Part shown: positions 14,396 to 27,172 of the stretch, in pieces
Position numbering within the stretch: position 1 is the first letter of the stretch
How the letters are laid out: every line of letters begins with the position of its first letter
From: Phoronis australis
Taxonomy: Eukaryota; Animalia; Phoronida
DNA length: 64,000 nt
Direction: 5' to 3'
Assembly: GCA_002633005.1 (NCBI GenBank)
Contig: NMRA01000069.1
Span: 34,203 to 98,202, forward strand
Notes under the pieces: model-generated
Told to the model about the DNA's origin: nothing
The model's input: only the letters and a program-made list of their open reading frames with translations
The model's database searches: none
Translations under genes and position numbers: made by a program

Positions 14396-14682
14396 GGGGC
14401 TTGTTTTATGAAGAGTGACGTACAGTCAGAATTTTAGTCCTACGCTCCACAAATCTCTTTCTGAAAAAAAATCTTTCTCACTTGTTCAAGAAGACAAGCT
14501 CTCTGAGGGAATACAAAAAATGTTAGTTACTGCGGTGTACATGTATATCACGTATCTCTTAACAGTGATTCGCTAATAATTACTTGAGTAAACCCTTTTC
14601 AGCATTTGTGAAGTACATGTAGATGTGTAAAACCAATATTCATGTCTTTTAAGTCTTGAACCACTCTCATGAAACAAGCCCC
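14396..14682. mobile_element. MITE with GGGGC...GCCCC termini (Harbinger-like)
   Basis: TIR GGGGCTTGTTTTATGAAGAGTG / CACTCTCATGAAACAAGCCCC. Confidence 0.6.
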
Positions 14683-14814
14683 ACCTTTATACTAAATCAA
14701 TAACTTAGTTTTCAGTGTTCCAAATTATGGTATTCACAATTACTGCTGGTAAATTTGTGTGCATTTTATTGCTCATAACGGGAACAGTGCTACTCAATAT
14801 GCAAATGAGAAGCA

Positions 14815-16581
14815 ATGTTTTATAACAAACCCAAAAGAACTGAGTGAATCTTTGATAAAGTGCATCAATCATGAGCTTCGTGCTCTATCAGATGCTGGAT
14901 GCAAATACATTCATGTAGACTGGTGCGCATCCCGGAAGTGACAATGGATTATGGTATAGACCATCGTAGGAGGTGCTTTGAAGGAGTGGAAAGTCAAGTG
15001 ACGAAGACAATCCATTTATGCTGCGGTTATCACAAACATCTGGTAACTGTTGTGTCAAAGCATTGTATTTTAATGTATTAAGCAATGAAAGGTGTTTCTA
15101 TGGGTAGAATGGAATGCTTTGAACAGACGAGAAAGCAGATTACAAGGATAAGCTAACTAAGTGATCCAGGCAGCTTCGGCTATGTCACTTGCTTCAGGAA
15201 CCAGGCTGCCGTGTTCTTATTGGATAAAATACCTGTGGAAGCTACATGTAACGCATATTTAGAAACTCGGTCCGTTTCAAGCACCTTTTACTTTTTGACA
15301 AATGTGTTCAGGAACCGCTGATGTCAAAAAGTCTCGTTTATCCGGAACAATATTATACTGAGGACAACGATGGGGGACTTTAGAATTGTTTGACATTTCA
15401 ATCATTTTCTCTTAAAAATTATATCAGGATCACTTTGGCCCAAAATAATACCGTAGCTAGAACAAGTGCATTTTAGGTTCGATTTTCTGATACACGTTAA
15501 TTCATTTGTTTTTAGACGGCAAAATCTCACCGTTTTTAAAGAAAAATAATTGTTTTAAATCACTTAACGTATTAAAACTGGTCTCAAATATTTCAATTCT
15601 CACGTTAGTCATCCGTGGGCTTAGAAATAAAGGGTACTTCGGTATTGCTTGAAATCAGACTCCTTAAATTGGCTTGGCCAGGGCGATGTGCATGTACTTG
15701 GCTAGTATTGCTTCAAGTCATAAAGAACTATCAGTTCTACTGTAGTCCAAGGACTCGAGTAAAAAAGCTGTTGAGATAAATTGTGTAACGATGAAGGGCA
15801 TAAATTGCAAGATACGTTTACAGAAGGCAGTTGATAGGCTCACACGCCTCGCGGCAGCTTTAAAGGGCCCTTAGATTTAATTTGATACTCTATTCTGCAA
15901 TAAACCAAATCCGACTAGAGATACTGACATTAAATCTCAAACTCGTTGTCATCACACATTTTGTGTTTAACAGTGCTTACTTTGATACGAAAAGATGAAA
16001 TAAAATTTTTCAATTTTACATCAAAAGGAGCTGCCATTTTTTTAAAAGCATAAACATTTCTCCCTTTGACAACGTTACATGACACATTTCTATTTTCATG
16101 TACAACGTGGGATTCTGAGAACTATCTCAAGGCTGTGTATTTTGACGTGGCAGAAAAGTTCGACGACGCTAGTTTCGACGAAAGTAGGTATTTAGTTATA
16201 GTCTATTCGCATTACGAACAACAATACTTTGGTTTTGTAACTTACACATTTCTGCCCACGCCTGACAGCCGGTATTAAACTGTACGAGTGCGAAAGTTTT
16301 TATTTTATTTCATTTTATTTATCTTGGAATGATATTATATCAGTTTCCATGGAAGATGCTTGGCGATACAACGATCACTCTTTACTCGATAAGTTCGAGA
16401 AATCCACCAGTTTTCGGGATTCCTTGCATCGCTCGAAGTGAAGTGGAAAACGTCGACAAGATTGAGAAACGAATCAAACACGTTCCGTGTCATATTAAAG
16501 GTTGTGATAACACCCGATTGCGGCCTGGATTTCTTCCTAAAGTCATCCTTCTCAGTAATTGAAGCCGCCAAGAAATGTTAA
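14815..16581 (+). pseudogene. Cobalamin-independent methionine synthase (MetE catalytic domain)-like pseudogene, 3 exons
   Basis: Exon ~14815-15042: PKELSESLIKCINHELRALSDAGCKYIHVD/PEVTMDYGIDHRRRCFEGVESQVTKTIHLCCGYHKHL|gtaact. Exon 16111-16183: DSENYLKAVYFDVAEKFDDASFDE|gtaggt (acceptor decayed). Exon 16344-16581: (I)SMEDAWRYNDHSLLDKF/VFGIPCIARSEVENVDKIEKRIK/VITPDCGL...EAAKKC*. The Zn-ligand motifs HxC, E and PDCG are present, with several frameshifts and deletions. Confidence 0.8.
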
Positions 16582-16967
16582 ACACGTGTTAATCTCGATG
16601 TAACAAATACTGCCAGTTTCCATGTGATTATGAACTGCTGGTAAACGCAGTATTACTGGCAGTTTCCGCTTTTCGTTGCATTGATATTACCCATTTGCAG
16701 TATGCGGCAAACCACGTGATTTTTGGTGGGTACGCGTGCAGTGTAGGTCTCCTTGTACGACTGGTGATGTTGCACACCATATACCATCATGAGCAGGTCT
16801 TGCTTTGCATACATTTATTGGTCACGACAAAAGCGTACTTTCCCTTGCAAATACTTGTGCACATGTACTCCACTTGATATAGCAGCGCAATGTAGTTTGT
16901 AACTCAAAGTACAAAGACAGATTTAGGGGCTCACCCCCCTCCTCCCTAGCAAGAATGACGGGTTGAA

Positions 16968-18796
16968 AGGAGAATGCCACCCGATTTAATTAGATTTTTT
17001 ACCGTCTTAATCGGTCTACATCCACATCGCCTCTTATACGGTGGACCTTACCTTGCCGAGAGGTGTCGCGTTAACCTGTGATGAAGGTGAGAAACGACGC
17101 AGCGACGTCAGTGGTTCGTCTGTGGAGTGAATGCCGCTATATTGCGGTGCTTCGTTCCCGCTTGTCCGAACTATGAAGCTGCGAAGGAAGCGAGTTTATG
17201 GTTTTTTCGACTTCCTCGAGAGCCCGATATGCTTAGGAAGTGGCTCGCAGTAGTGAAGAATGAAAGATACGTGTACGCTGTTAATAGCAAGTATGAGGCC
17301 GTGAAACACGCCGGCATTTCGTCGCCAGTGATTTCTCTGACGAATTCCGGCTTATCAAAGAACTATCCATACGTTCCGTTGCCCGTGCATGCTCACGGCT
17401 TCTCTTTAGTATTTCTTGATCAGTGTACTCCGGTTCGAAATGATAGCCTGTGAAACCTAAAAATCCGACCCGTGAAGTCTTCGGATGAGCTCTTGAGTAA
17501 GTCGGGATTGGCGCCGGGCGAGTTGCCACGTAGACGTTTATTATTCTGCGTTCTGTTTCAAAATGAATTATTCTCATCCTAACCAATGCTTATATGAAAC
17601 TAAAACAAAGTCTGTCTCATTAGATACAATTTGTAATGCCTTTGCAGTATTCGTGAGTGCAAATGTTGAGAAGCCAGCAATGAATAAACCACTGCGTTAG
17701 CGGCTTTTGATGCAGACAAGAAATGTAATTGACCTGGCACCGAGGCCGTGTGAGCGCATGCTAATTCAGTGAGTTTTTGCTAACAGGAAGCTGTTGTGAA
17801 ACAATTACTCGATTTTATATACTATGGTCACATGTTAGGGGAATTTTTATTTAGAAATACAAATACATTATTCAAATCATTGCTAACTCTACAACCTAAC
17901 GGCCTGTGGAATGGGAATCCGATTTCACGATTTTCAGTTTCGTGGCTAATTCACAAAAATAATTATGTGTAAATTGTTTCTTTGGATCACTATTATAGTC
18001 TTTTCATGACTGGAGGTTTAGCTTCCAACTCAAGCTGGTTTATGTTCAGCAAACACGGGTCATGGACTCATCGGCTTCCTGGGTCAGCTGACATCTCCAT
18101 TTTGTCAGTGACCCGTGTTTGGCGGTCCGTTAAACGTGTTTCCTCGTGAATATGAGTCCGTGTCCCGTGTATTTGGGTGCCTGGATCGTGTTTTGTGAGT
18201 CCGTTCCCGTGTTTGTGAGTCAGTGGACGGTGTTTGCAGGTCCGTGAGTCGTGTTCATGCGTCCGTGCCCCGTTTTTATGAGTCTGTTGACCGTGTAGTT
18301 TAGGTACATGTACCTAGTGTTTAGAACTCAAAAAATCACAAATTCTAAACAACACAGATCTAGGTTCTCATGTCTGTATTTCACAGAAGAATACTTCGAA
18401 TTTATCTCCGAACAGACCTCAAACTCCTGCTACGGACCTTGGTAAATTGGCCTGCCGAACTTTGTAGACTACGGTGTGTCCAAATACCAATAAATCCGTT
18501 ACAGCGAAATAAAATAACACGTTTTTATGAGAACTCGGTGTATTTTTAAGGGTTGTACATTGAAGTTTGATGATTTGTTGATGTTAAACGATGAGTTCAG
18601 GCGATAAGATGACACCAGTTACCCGTGTTGTGAACTTCTGAACAGACTGCTTGTGAAACCAATGACGTCATTGGATAATTTCAACACCTCCGTCTGCCGC
18701 CAGATGTCAGGTAACGCAACCGAGCGTGCCGTGATCGAGTAGAACTACTCGATCTAAATTGATACCAAATAGAATGTTTTTGGGTGGCATTCTCCT
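16968..18796 (+). mobile_element. Kolobok-like non-autonomous DNA transposon, copy 1 (THAP relic)
   Basis: TIR AGGAGAATGCCACCC...GGGTGGCATTCTCCT, flanked by TGAA/TTAA. THAP-like ORF 17127..17453 (RCFVPACPN...FFRLPREPDMLRKWLAVV). Empty TTAA site in the paralogous block at 57282-57285. Confidence 0.85.
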
Positions 18797-19401
18797 TTAA
18801 CAGTCCAGTTCAGTTACTTCCTGTTGAAAAATTGCCAATTTAATATTTCAGTGTGCTTATAGGATGATTAAAACTAGTACAATATGAACTGAATCTAAGC
18901 TGAATTTTGAATAGTGTTAGGAGAGAAATTGAAGAAATTATTGATTGAATAAACCGTTTGATTAACACTCCCACTATCATTCTCATTGCAGTGCATCCAC
19001 ATGCACAACAGATGGCTCTCTTGTTTTTGATTTTGTTGTTGGCCCAGCGGGTTACACGCGTATAGTAATAATATCGTAACAGTGGTTCATAAAACTATTT
19101 GTGATATCATAGATTATAGACAACAGATTCGCAAATCCGACATTTTCTTCCGTTCTATCCAAGAGGCGGCGCCATTACAAATATATGCATCCTACTAAAA
19201 ATACAGAAAGCTGTACGTCTGATGTATATTCATTTCACAGGTACGCAAACACTACTTAGCAGGAACTTGTAGCTGAGGAACAATTGTTATGAATTAAGCA
19301 CCTATCAGGCACATTTGCTGCCTCGTTGTGCTGCCGGGATTTTACGTTATTTATTGTTGTCTGATTCTTAGTAAGATACAACGATGGCATATTTGAACGT
19401 T

Positions 19402-19463
19402 TCAGTTATACTTAGTCTTAACAAAGATGGCCATCACATCAGCTGTGCCCAGCTCTGGTCCAC
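19402..19463 (-). CDS. Gene B exon 5 (terminal coding exon)
   Basis: tttttag|GT GGA CCA GAG...AAC TGA; (G)GPELGTADVMAIFVKTKYN*. There is an AATAAA on the minus strand at 19350-19355. Confidence 0.85.
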
Positions 19464-22400
19464 CTAAAAAACACAAAGGGACATCCATTATGAAGGACAT
19501 CGGAAACAAACCCAAAGTGCAATGTGCATTATCCACGCATTAAATATTGCGCACTGTTATTCAGTTAATTCCTGTTCTGCTCATGTTTAAAATCATTACT
19601 AGTATAACCGGAAAATTCCATAATCTGGAAGCGCTCATCAAGAGTCAGAAGCACAAGTAGTGGAATTTTGTACATTTGCACTATCCTAAATGCATTTAAG
19701 ACGGTTAATAGGACGTCGTCTCTAAGAATTTTAATGCCTGGACTGCCTTTTGGTCAGTTGCCCCATTACACATCAGAAGGCAACGCAATACCACTCAAAT
19801 GCCAAAATGATTTATGTTTATACTTTCAATAACTTCCAAACGTATAAGAATCAAAAACTTTTACCTCTGGAACGTGTTTAGCTTCACGTTATGACGAGGT
19901 ATTTGGATTCCTCTGAACACAGTTGATTCAAAAAAGTAACTCCTAAGCATTTCGAATACAGTGTACAACCCCATTTTTGTTTGACCAATAAAAGGTTGTG
20001 ATTGGTCAGCCATGACACATGCTCTGATGTCAGTCAGTTTACGCTCAAACTGACCTTATATTCTACCAGTCAAAAAGGTCACTTGCCCTCCCACGTTGCA
20101 CTGACCAATAAGTTTACATGCGCACTCATATTATTGGAAGCAATCATAATCTGCCTGCGACTTGGCGTGTGGGACAGTTTTGAGTACGTTTTGTATGAAA
20201 TCCGCAGACATGCAAGTCGTGAAAATAGTATGGACAACAAAAACAATGGAACCCATGAGGACTTCGTAAACCACTAACGTTATATTCTCAACACCATTGG
20301 TTCTTTTTAGAACAACGACACATGTTCAACAACCGGCCGACCACGTCTCTGACACGCCAACGTGTTTGAACTGACTCGTCAGTAGGCAGAATGATTTCGT
20401 TCATGTTTCCTACAGTGTTTGTCAATGTGAATTTACCTAAAGCAGAGTTCCAATTCACCTTTGTCCGAGCCTTACTGTACCAAAACTGTGGGTAGCTGGA
20501 AACTCTGTTCTCCCAAACACAAACACCTTTACCGTCTAGTACTGCGACCCATCCTTCGTCTGTGTTACAGTGTCCGTACGCGCCAGTGATGAGAAATCGG
20601 CGGTGGGGAAAACTTTAACAGAAAACATAGGCTCTGATTATATTATTTCGTGACTGAAGTCAACGAAGGATCAAAAAGTATAAAATAACAAAATATTATT
20701 TTCCGAATACACGCCCATGAGTTTATCTGCAGAAATCCCCAGTAGTCTGTATGTGTGCCAAGTTTTGTCAATGAGAAACTGGGCAAGATGCAAAAAATTC
20801 ATGTATGAGCAACCGCTGGGAATCAAAAACTGTCAGTGAAACTATTGTCAATCAGGTGTCCCCCATTATAGTGTTCATGGGAACAGCACATTATCATAGC
20901 TATTGACAAACTGTTTGGCGTGATCAATGGTTCGAGTCGTGCGCGGATGAATGCTTTGCTTTTTGAGGGGTTCTCCCAGTTGGTCTTTCATCGGTCGATA
21001 GGCGGAATAAGGTCGAGTGTTAGTTACACTGTTGCAACTGTGTTACTTTAAACTATATTCGGAAAGTTTGATGATCGAACCGGGTCAGAAGATCTCAACA
21101 ACATTGAGTCAACATTGACCTACCTTTTGAACTATCCATCTTGTCAGAGGTCGCTGTTAAAGTAGTGCGGGAGGTGAGTAAAGAAAACTTTATTTCTGTC
21201 ATGGCCGTATTTCCCTCGACAGATTCAACGCGCTTGGGATAATTTAAGATTGTCGCAATCAAAAAGGTGGAATTTTGAAGAACGGGAAGACCAGTATTTG
21301 TGAATTACATTAAAGGGCTATTTCCGATGGTTAGTTATAAAATAATGTTACTGTTTCCTGTAGTATCACAGGAATAGTATCTCTTTTAAAGGTGGTTACT
21401 ATGAGTTCTTTGTAAGGAATTCCCACATGTGGAAAACACTGCTGTCTAGGCTACTATTTGTGGTGACCGTGTACACGTCGAAAGAGGGTACTAAAAGAAC
21501 TCTCGCAATCTTAAACAAAAATTTCAGCGTTTTCTTTTTTGTCAGTGGAGTTCAAATTTACCTCAAGAACCGTTAAAGGTACCTCTGAAATGAGCAAAAA
21601 TACACCTTAATACGAAGGCCCCATCTCCCATATTCCCCCGCTTATTCGTCAAAAGCCTGTGAGCATGCATGCGGAAATTGATGAACAAATTCGTTGATTA
21701 AATCAGTTTTTGGCCACAATAAAATTAAAAATCGGACAGTCATGTTGGATTCTGATTTACTTATTTATTTACGAAAATCGATAGATTCATGGATCATTTT
21801 TGACAATTAGAAGCTAATCTTGTAAGAATTGGTGATGTTTCAGAGAATGCAATTGCAGCCTGAAGTTGGAAAACTCTATAATCCGATTAAAGTACCTTTA
21901 TAGACGATTTTGCATATCTAAAATAACTATCAAAGGCATTGATGAAATTCGGATTCACAGACTGTAAATAGAAAAATCGTTTTAAAAATCCTCAAATAAA
22001 TAAAATTAAACTCATTGCTTGGAAAGGTCGTCTTTGCATTCCCTTGGTGTTTTTGGTTACCAGTGCAATTGAACAATGAAATTTTGTTCTTCAAAACTGA
22101 ATTGATTGCTTGTCCCGATTCGCGTACACGTCATGACTGACGTATCCACGATAAATGTGAGATGTAACCCTGCTGTAGGCCCGCGCGCTGAATCTCAGTG
22201 ATCCATGGGAACTGAATGTGAACTCCAGGCCTTCAAGAAGTGTGAAAATTTTTGGGACACACTATCCTTTTCCCCAGCCACCAGAAACTGGACTACTATC
22301 GGTCGTGTTTCAACTAGGCATTTTGAAAAAGCCCCAGAGGCACTATATCAGTGGCTTCGGGACCTCACCTTGCAAAAAAGACTCCTTCAAAGAATGACCA

Positions 22401-24811
22401 AAATAAACTAAACTTTTCCCCAAACTGGATCACAATAAAACGAACCATGACCTTAGAGCGAGCGCAGACGAGCGGTACGAGCTGCTTGTCTCAAGTGAAT
22501 CACATGACATTTTCAAATTATTCCGACACACGGTAGCCCAACAGCCAACGTGATTCAACTTAATAAAGACAATTTGTGATATTTAATTGTATTTGTAGCT
22601 TTTAAAAACAGATTATGCGCTAAGATTGATACCGTTTGTTGTCTTTCTCGTAACGAGACAGAACTCTTTATTTCCAGTGCCGGTCTTGGTTAGTGAACAG
22701 CAACAAAGAGCTGTCACGCTATCATCTGATATTCAAATGTTGGTTTGTACGTGGCTCTTGAACATGTAGTTATCTAAGTCCCTGCAAACACACTGCACTT
22801 TGTCGTATACGACTTTTCTTATGTTAAAAATAGGTGTATGTAGACAGAAGTTCCACATAAAATTTCTGCTGGTGGTGTGACTCACAGAGGTGCACAACTA
22901 TTAGCTCTCATGAACTGAGTTCACGTGGAGAAGTTCAAAAGAATTTCAAATCATCTTAAGACAAAATCCAGAGACACGTCAACTGAAACACACTCGCCAG
23001 GATGCATGTTATTTACACAATTTGGCTACAAAAACAAAACAAAACAAAAAATCTCTTAAAGGGGAGATTTCAGACCTTCCTGCCCCGCTTGACGCTATGA
23101 GCCTCGGACTCGCAGGAATCCCAACCCCCCCCCCACGCTACGCGTGTCGCTGGAAAATTAGAATACTAAGACTTTTAAAGGGTCTGTGAGATCAAAGCAT
23201 ATCTCTTGTGTAAATGAGTATGATTGAAAGGGGTTCATCAACCGAGAGCGAGGTCACGTTTTTGTAGAATATGTCTGTATCCTCCTTCTCAGGGCAAATT
23301 CACTGAAGTAAATTTCAATGCATAGCCCATTGTAATATACACAAAATATTTACGTATCAAATCCACGTGCAATTAAGACATGGTGCACCTTGCGCAGTTA
23401 CATGTATGTTATAAAAAGAGCGTACATGGCATAGCTAGTTGTACAAAAAACGTACAATTAAGCAGCACTTCCCCCACATTTGTAAAGGGCCCCTAACTCT
23501 CCCGAGAATTGAGGAAAGTACACCCTTTCCTCCATTAGTATTCTGTTAAAGTAACTGTGGTTGTCTAAGCGGCACATCTCCTAATTAACGATTAGTTTGT
23601 AGTAGCCCCCATCCGGGTATTAAGGACTGTATCCACGTGGTGTGAACACCCTACCTGTTCTTCTGTGCAAGTACATGCATGCATAGAAACTGAATGAGAG
23701 ATCAAAAGATACATGTACCAGAGATGTTGAGAGAGTTGGAAAGAAGTATTGGTCCCAACGTTGCATAGTGACAAATTTGATCAATGATACTTACGATTCT
23801 AACATAATGAATTTGTAGACGTTGTTCAAGTCAATAAAAGAACTATTGCTGAGTCTATCTTGGCTGAACCAGTCCAATTTGTTAGAATTTTCTCCTTCAA
23901 ATTCCATAGTGAGAACCTCGTTCCCGTCTTTGAAGAAAGCGAATTTGACCTGCAATAGAAGAATTTCTCACCAACACAGCGTTGTTATTGAGATTCGTTA
24001 TGAGATGTCTTTAAACAAAGTCGACCATCTGCTATACTAAATGTGACTGGATTAAGTCGGTTGTGACTCGTAATGTTTTTATTAGATTTGTGTCATTCAT
24101 TTCCACAATAAACAGACCCGTGTACTGTGTGGTAGGAGTTCTGAATGTCCGGGGTATTGTTGTGAACTAAGTGGCTGTCACTAGCGCCACCATTTGCCAG
24201 TGTTATGAGAAGTGTGGTTATTTGGCCCAGGCAATAGTGCTGAGTTTATTATGGTATTCAAACAGAGATTACTGGATTGTGGCGTACAGGAATGGCAACT
24301 GGAAATAGGTACCTCAAATAAATATGAATTTTATAGGCTTATTAAACGTGATCTTGTCAACGAGCAATATGTGAATTGTTTAAGAGCTTATTCAAGAAAA
24401 ATACTTGCGCAATTTCGGTGTTCAGGTCACTCACTTACATGTAATATAGAGAAAGGGAGACATATGGGTATTCCCAGAGGTGAGAGAATATGCGACATAT
24501 GCTGTCTGGGTGGAATTGAAGATGAGCCTCATTTCATGTGTCGATGCCCTGTTCTTGGAGACCTTAGAAGAAATCTTCTTCCAAAGCTTGTCAATGTTAA
24601 CTATTCTCTTGTTAGGTTATTCCAACAGAAAAATCATGACAGCATCCAGCCCCTCGCATTGTATATTCAGAAGGCTATGGCTTTAAGAGAAGAATTACTC
24701 TCCGTGTAAATAATCTGAATATACGTTTGAATTCATGTATTTATGTATGAGTAGGCAAAGCCTAAGATGTACAATAAACATTATTATTATCATTATCATC
24801 ATCATCATCAA

Positions 24812-24850
<39 letters not shown>

Positions 24851-27133
24851 TATTATTATTATAGTGGGTCATTTATATCCCCTGGACTGTGATCCAATTT
24901 TATGTGTCACCCATGATTCTGTGTTTCCTGTTCATGTCTCATATAATGGTTTATAAACATGGCTTCAGTTTCTACATTCAGTTCACTTTTATCCAACAAC
25001 ATGTGACTACAGTAGCTGGCAACGAGGATGGTATTTCTCTGGGTTTTCAAGCAGTGTGGGGTGTGAAGTCTTTTCGGTTACCTTTGGTGATTTTCAAGGG
25101 CAACCAACTGCCATTCCTTGGCAAAAATTGATTAAGAGCGATGAAAGTGGACCTTGCATCAGTTTGTGAGATTGTCACTGACACAGTGTCGCATGACGAG
25201 GCTTGCTTGGCAAAATTATTTGCAGAAAATGATATTTTCGCCTCAGGTGGAACTATTCAGGTTTACCATGGTACAGTTCGCATTGATCCACAGGCCCAAC
25301 CAATTTTTCGCAATCTACGTCAGGTGCCATATGTTGTAGTAGATGCTGTAAATGCAGAAATTGATAGCTTGGTGGATGAGGACATTCTAAAACCTGTAGA
25401 TTATTCCAGATGGGGGACACCATTAGTGAACATAGTCAAGTCCAATGGATAGATTAGGATGTGTGGGGATAACAAGGTGTCTATAAATAATTGCTTAGAT
25501 GAACAACAGTTCCAGATGCCAACTCCAGAAGATCTGTTTAATGCTATCACGGGTGGTGGTGTTTTCAGTAAGATTGATTTAAGTCAGTCCTTTCTGCAAT
25601 TAGAAGTTGGTGCCCAATCGCGTAAATTGTTCACGCTTAAGACTTTGCGGAGTCTGTATGAACCACAGCGTCTACATTTTCCAGGGGGTGATGGAGTCCA
25701 TGCTTCGTGGTATTAAAAGGGTCGTAGTTTATCTTGACGACATTTGTATTGTTCCCAAGTCTGTGGAGTCACATTTCAGAACATTAGGTTTGGTCTTTGC
25801 TAGACTCAAGCACCACGGGGTGAAGGCAAACCGGGCCAAGAGTGAGTTCATGAAGCCGAGTGTAGAATATTGGGGCCACATTATTGATAAAACGGGCGTT
25901 CATCCCAAGCAAGAGAAGATTGAAGCAATCGTAAATGCCCCCAAACCCACGAATGTAAAGTTAATTAAGTTAAGTTTATTGCGGTTTTATGCGAAATACA
26001 TGAAACCTCCTACAGATAAATTGGCTACCATCTTGCACCCACTGCATTTGCTTTTAAGAAAGGACACAAAATTTCAGTGGTCGAAGGATTGTCAAAGGGC
26101 GTTTGACAGGTGCAAATCTACATCCGATGAGGTTTTAGTGCATTATGACACTCGCGAACCAATAGTGTTGTCGTGTGATGCGTCGGAAGGTGGCATCGGT
26201 AGTGTACTAAGTCATGTTACGGATAGTGGCGATGAGCGNTTCCCGTCTTTGAAGAAAGCGAATTTGACCTGCAATAGAAGAATTTCTCACCAACACAGCG
26301 TTGTTATTGAGATTCGTTATGAGATGTCTTTAAACAAAGTCGACCATCTGCTATACTAAATGTGACTGGATTAAGTCGGTTGTGACTCGTAATGTTTTTA
26401 GTAGATTTGTGTCATTCATTTCCACAATAAACAGACCCGTGTACTGTGTGGTAGAAGTTCTGAATGTCCGGGGTATTGATGTGAACTAAGTGGCTGTCAC
26501 TAGCGCCACCAATTGCCAGTGTTATGAGAAGTGTGGTTATTTGGCCCAGGCAATAGTGCTGAGTTTATTATGGTATTCAAACAGAGATTACTGGATTGTG
26601 GCGTACAGGAATGGCAACTGGAAATAGGTACCTCAAATAAATATGAATTTTATAGGCTTATTAAACGTGATCTTGTCAACGAGCAATATGTGAATTGTTT
26701 AAGAGCTTATTCAAGAAAAATACTTGCGCAATTTCGGTGTTCAGGTCACTCACTTACATGTAATATAGAGAAAGGGAGACATATGGGTATTCCCAGAGGT
26801 GAGAGAATATGCGGCATATGCTGTCTGGGTGGAATTGAAGATGAGCCTCATTTCATGTGTCAATGCCCTGTTCTTGGAGACCTTAGAAGAAATCTTCTTC
26901 CAAAGCTTGTCAATGTTAACTATTCTCTTGTTAGGTTATTCCAACAGAAAGATCATGACAGCATCCAGCCCCTCGCATTGTATATTCAGAAGGCTATGAC
27001 TTTAAGAGAAGAATTACTCTCCGTGTAAATAATCTGAATATACGTTTGAATTCATGTATTTGTGTATGAGTAGGCAAAGCCTAAGATGTACAATAAGCAT
27101 TATTATTATCATTATCATCATCATCATCATCAA

Positions 27134-27172
<39 letters not shown>

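Noticed and set aside
13640-14750. Upstream MetE-like exons (SFGSYP at ~13665; NYGIHNYC at ~14725)
   Set aside because: Only short, weak resemblance to expected N-terminal motifs; not supportable without alignment.
20717-20970. Plus-strand mini-ORF shared with 3789-4050
   Set aside because: Stops and frames differ between copies; explained by intron-3 paralogy rather than coding constraint.
23822-24040. Plus-strand ORFs conserved between repeats (7199..7435, 23822..24040, 63719..63907)
   Set aside because: They are antisense shadows of the minus-strand exons 3 and 4.
24735-24956. Poly-isoleucine membrane protein ORFs (also 27054..27278)
   Set aside because: These are translations of the (ATC/ATT)n tail of a LINE.
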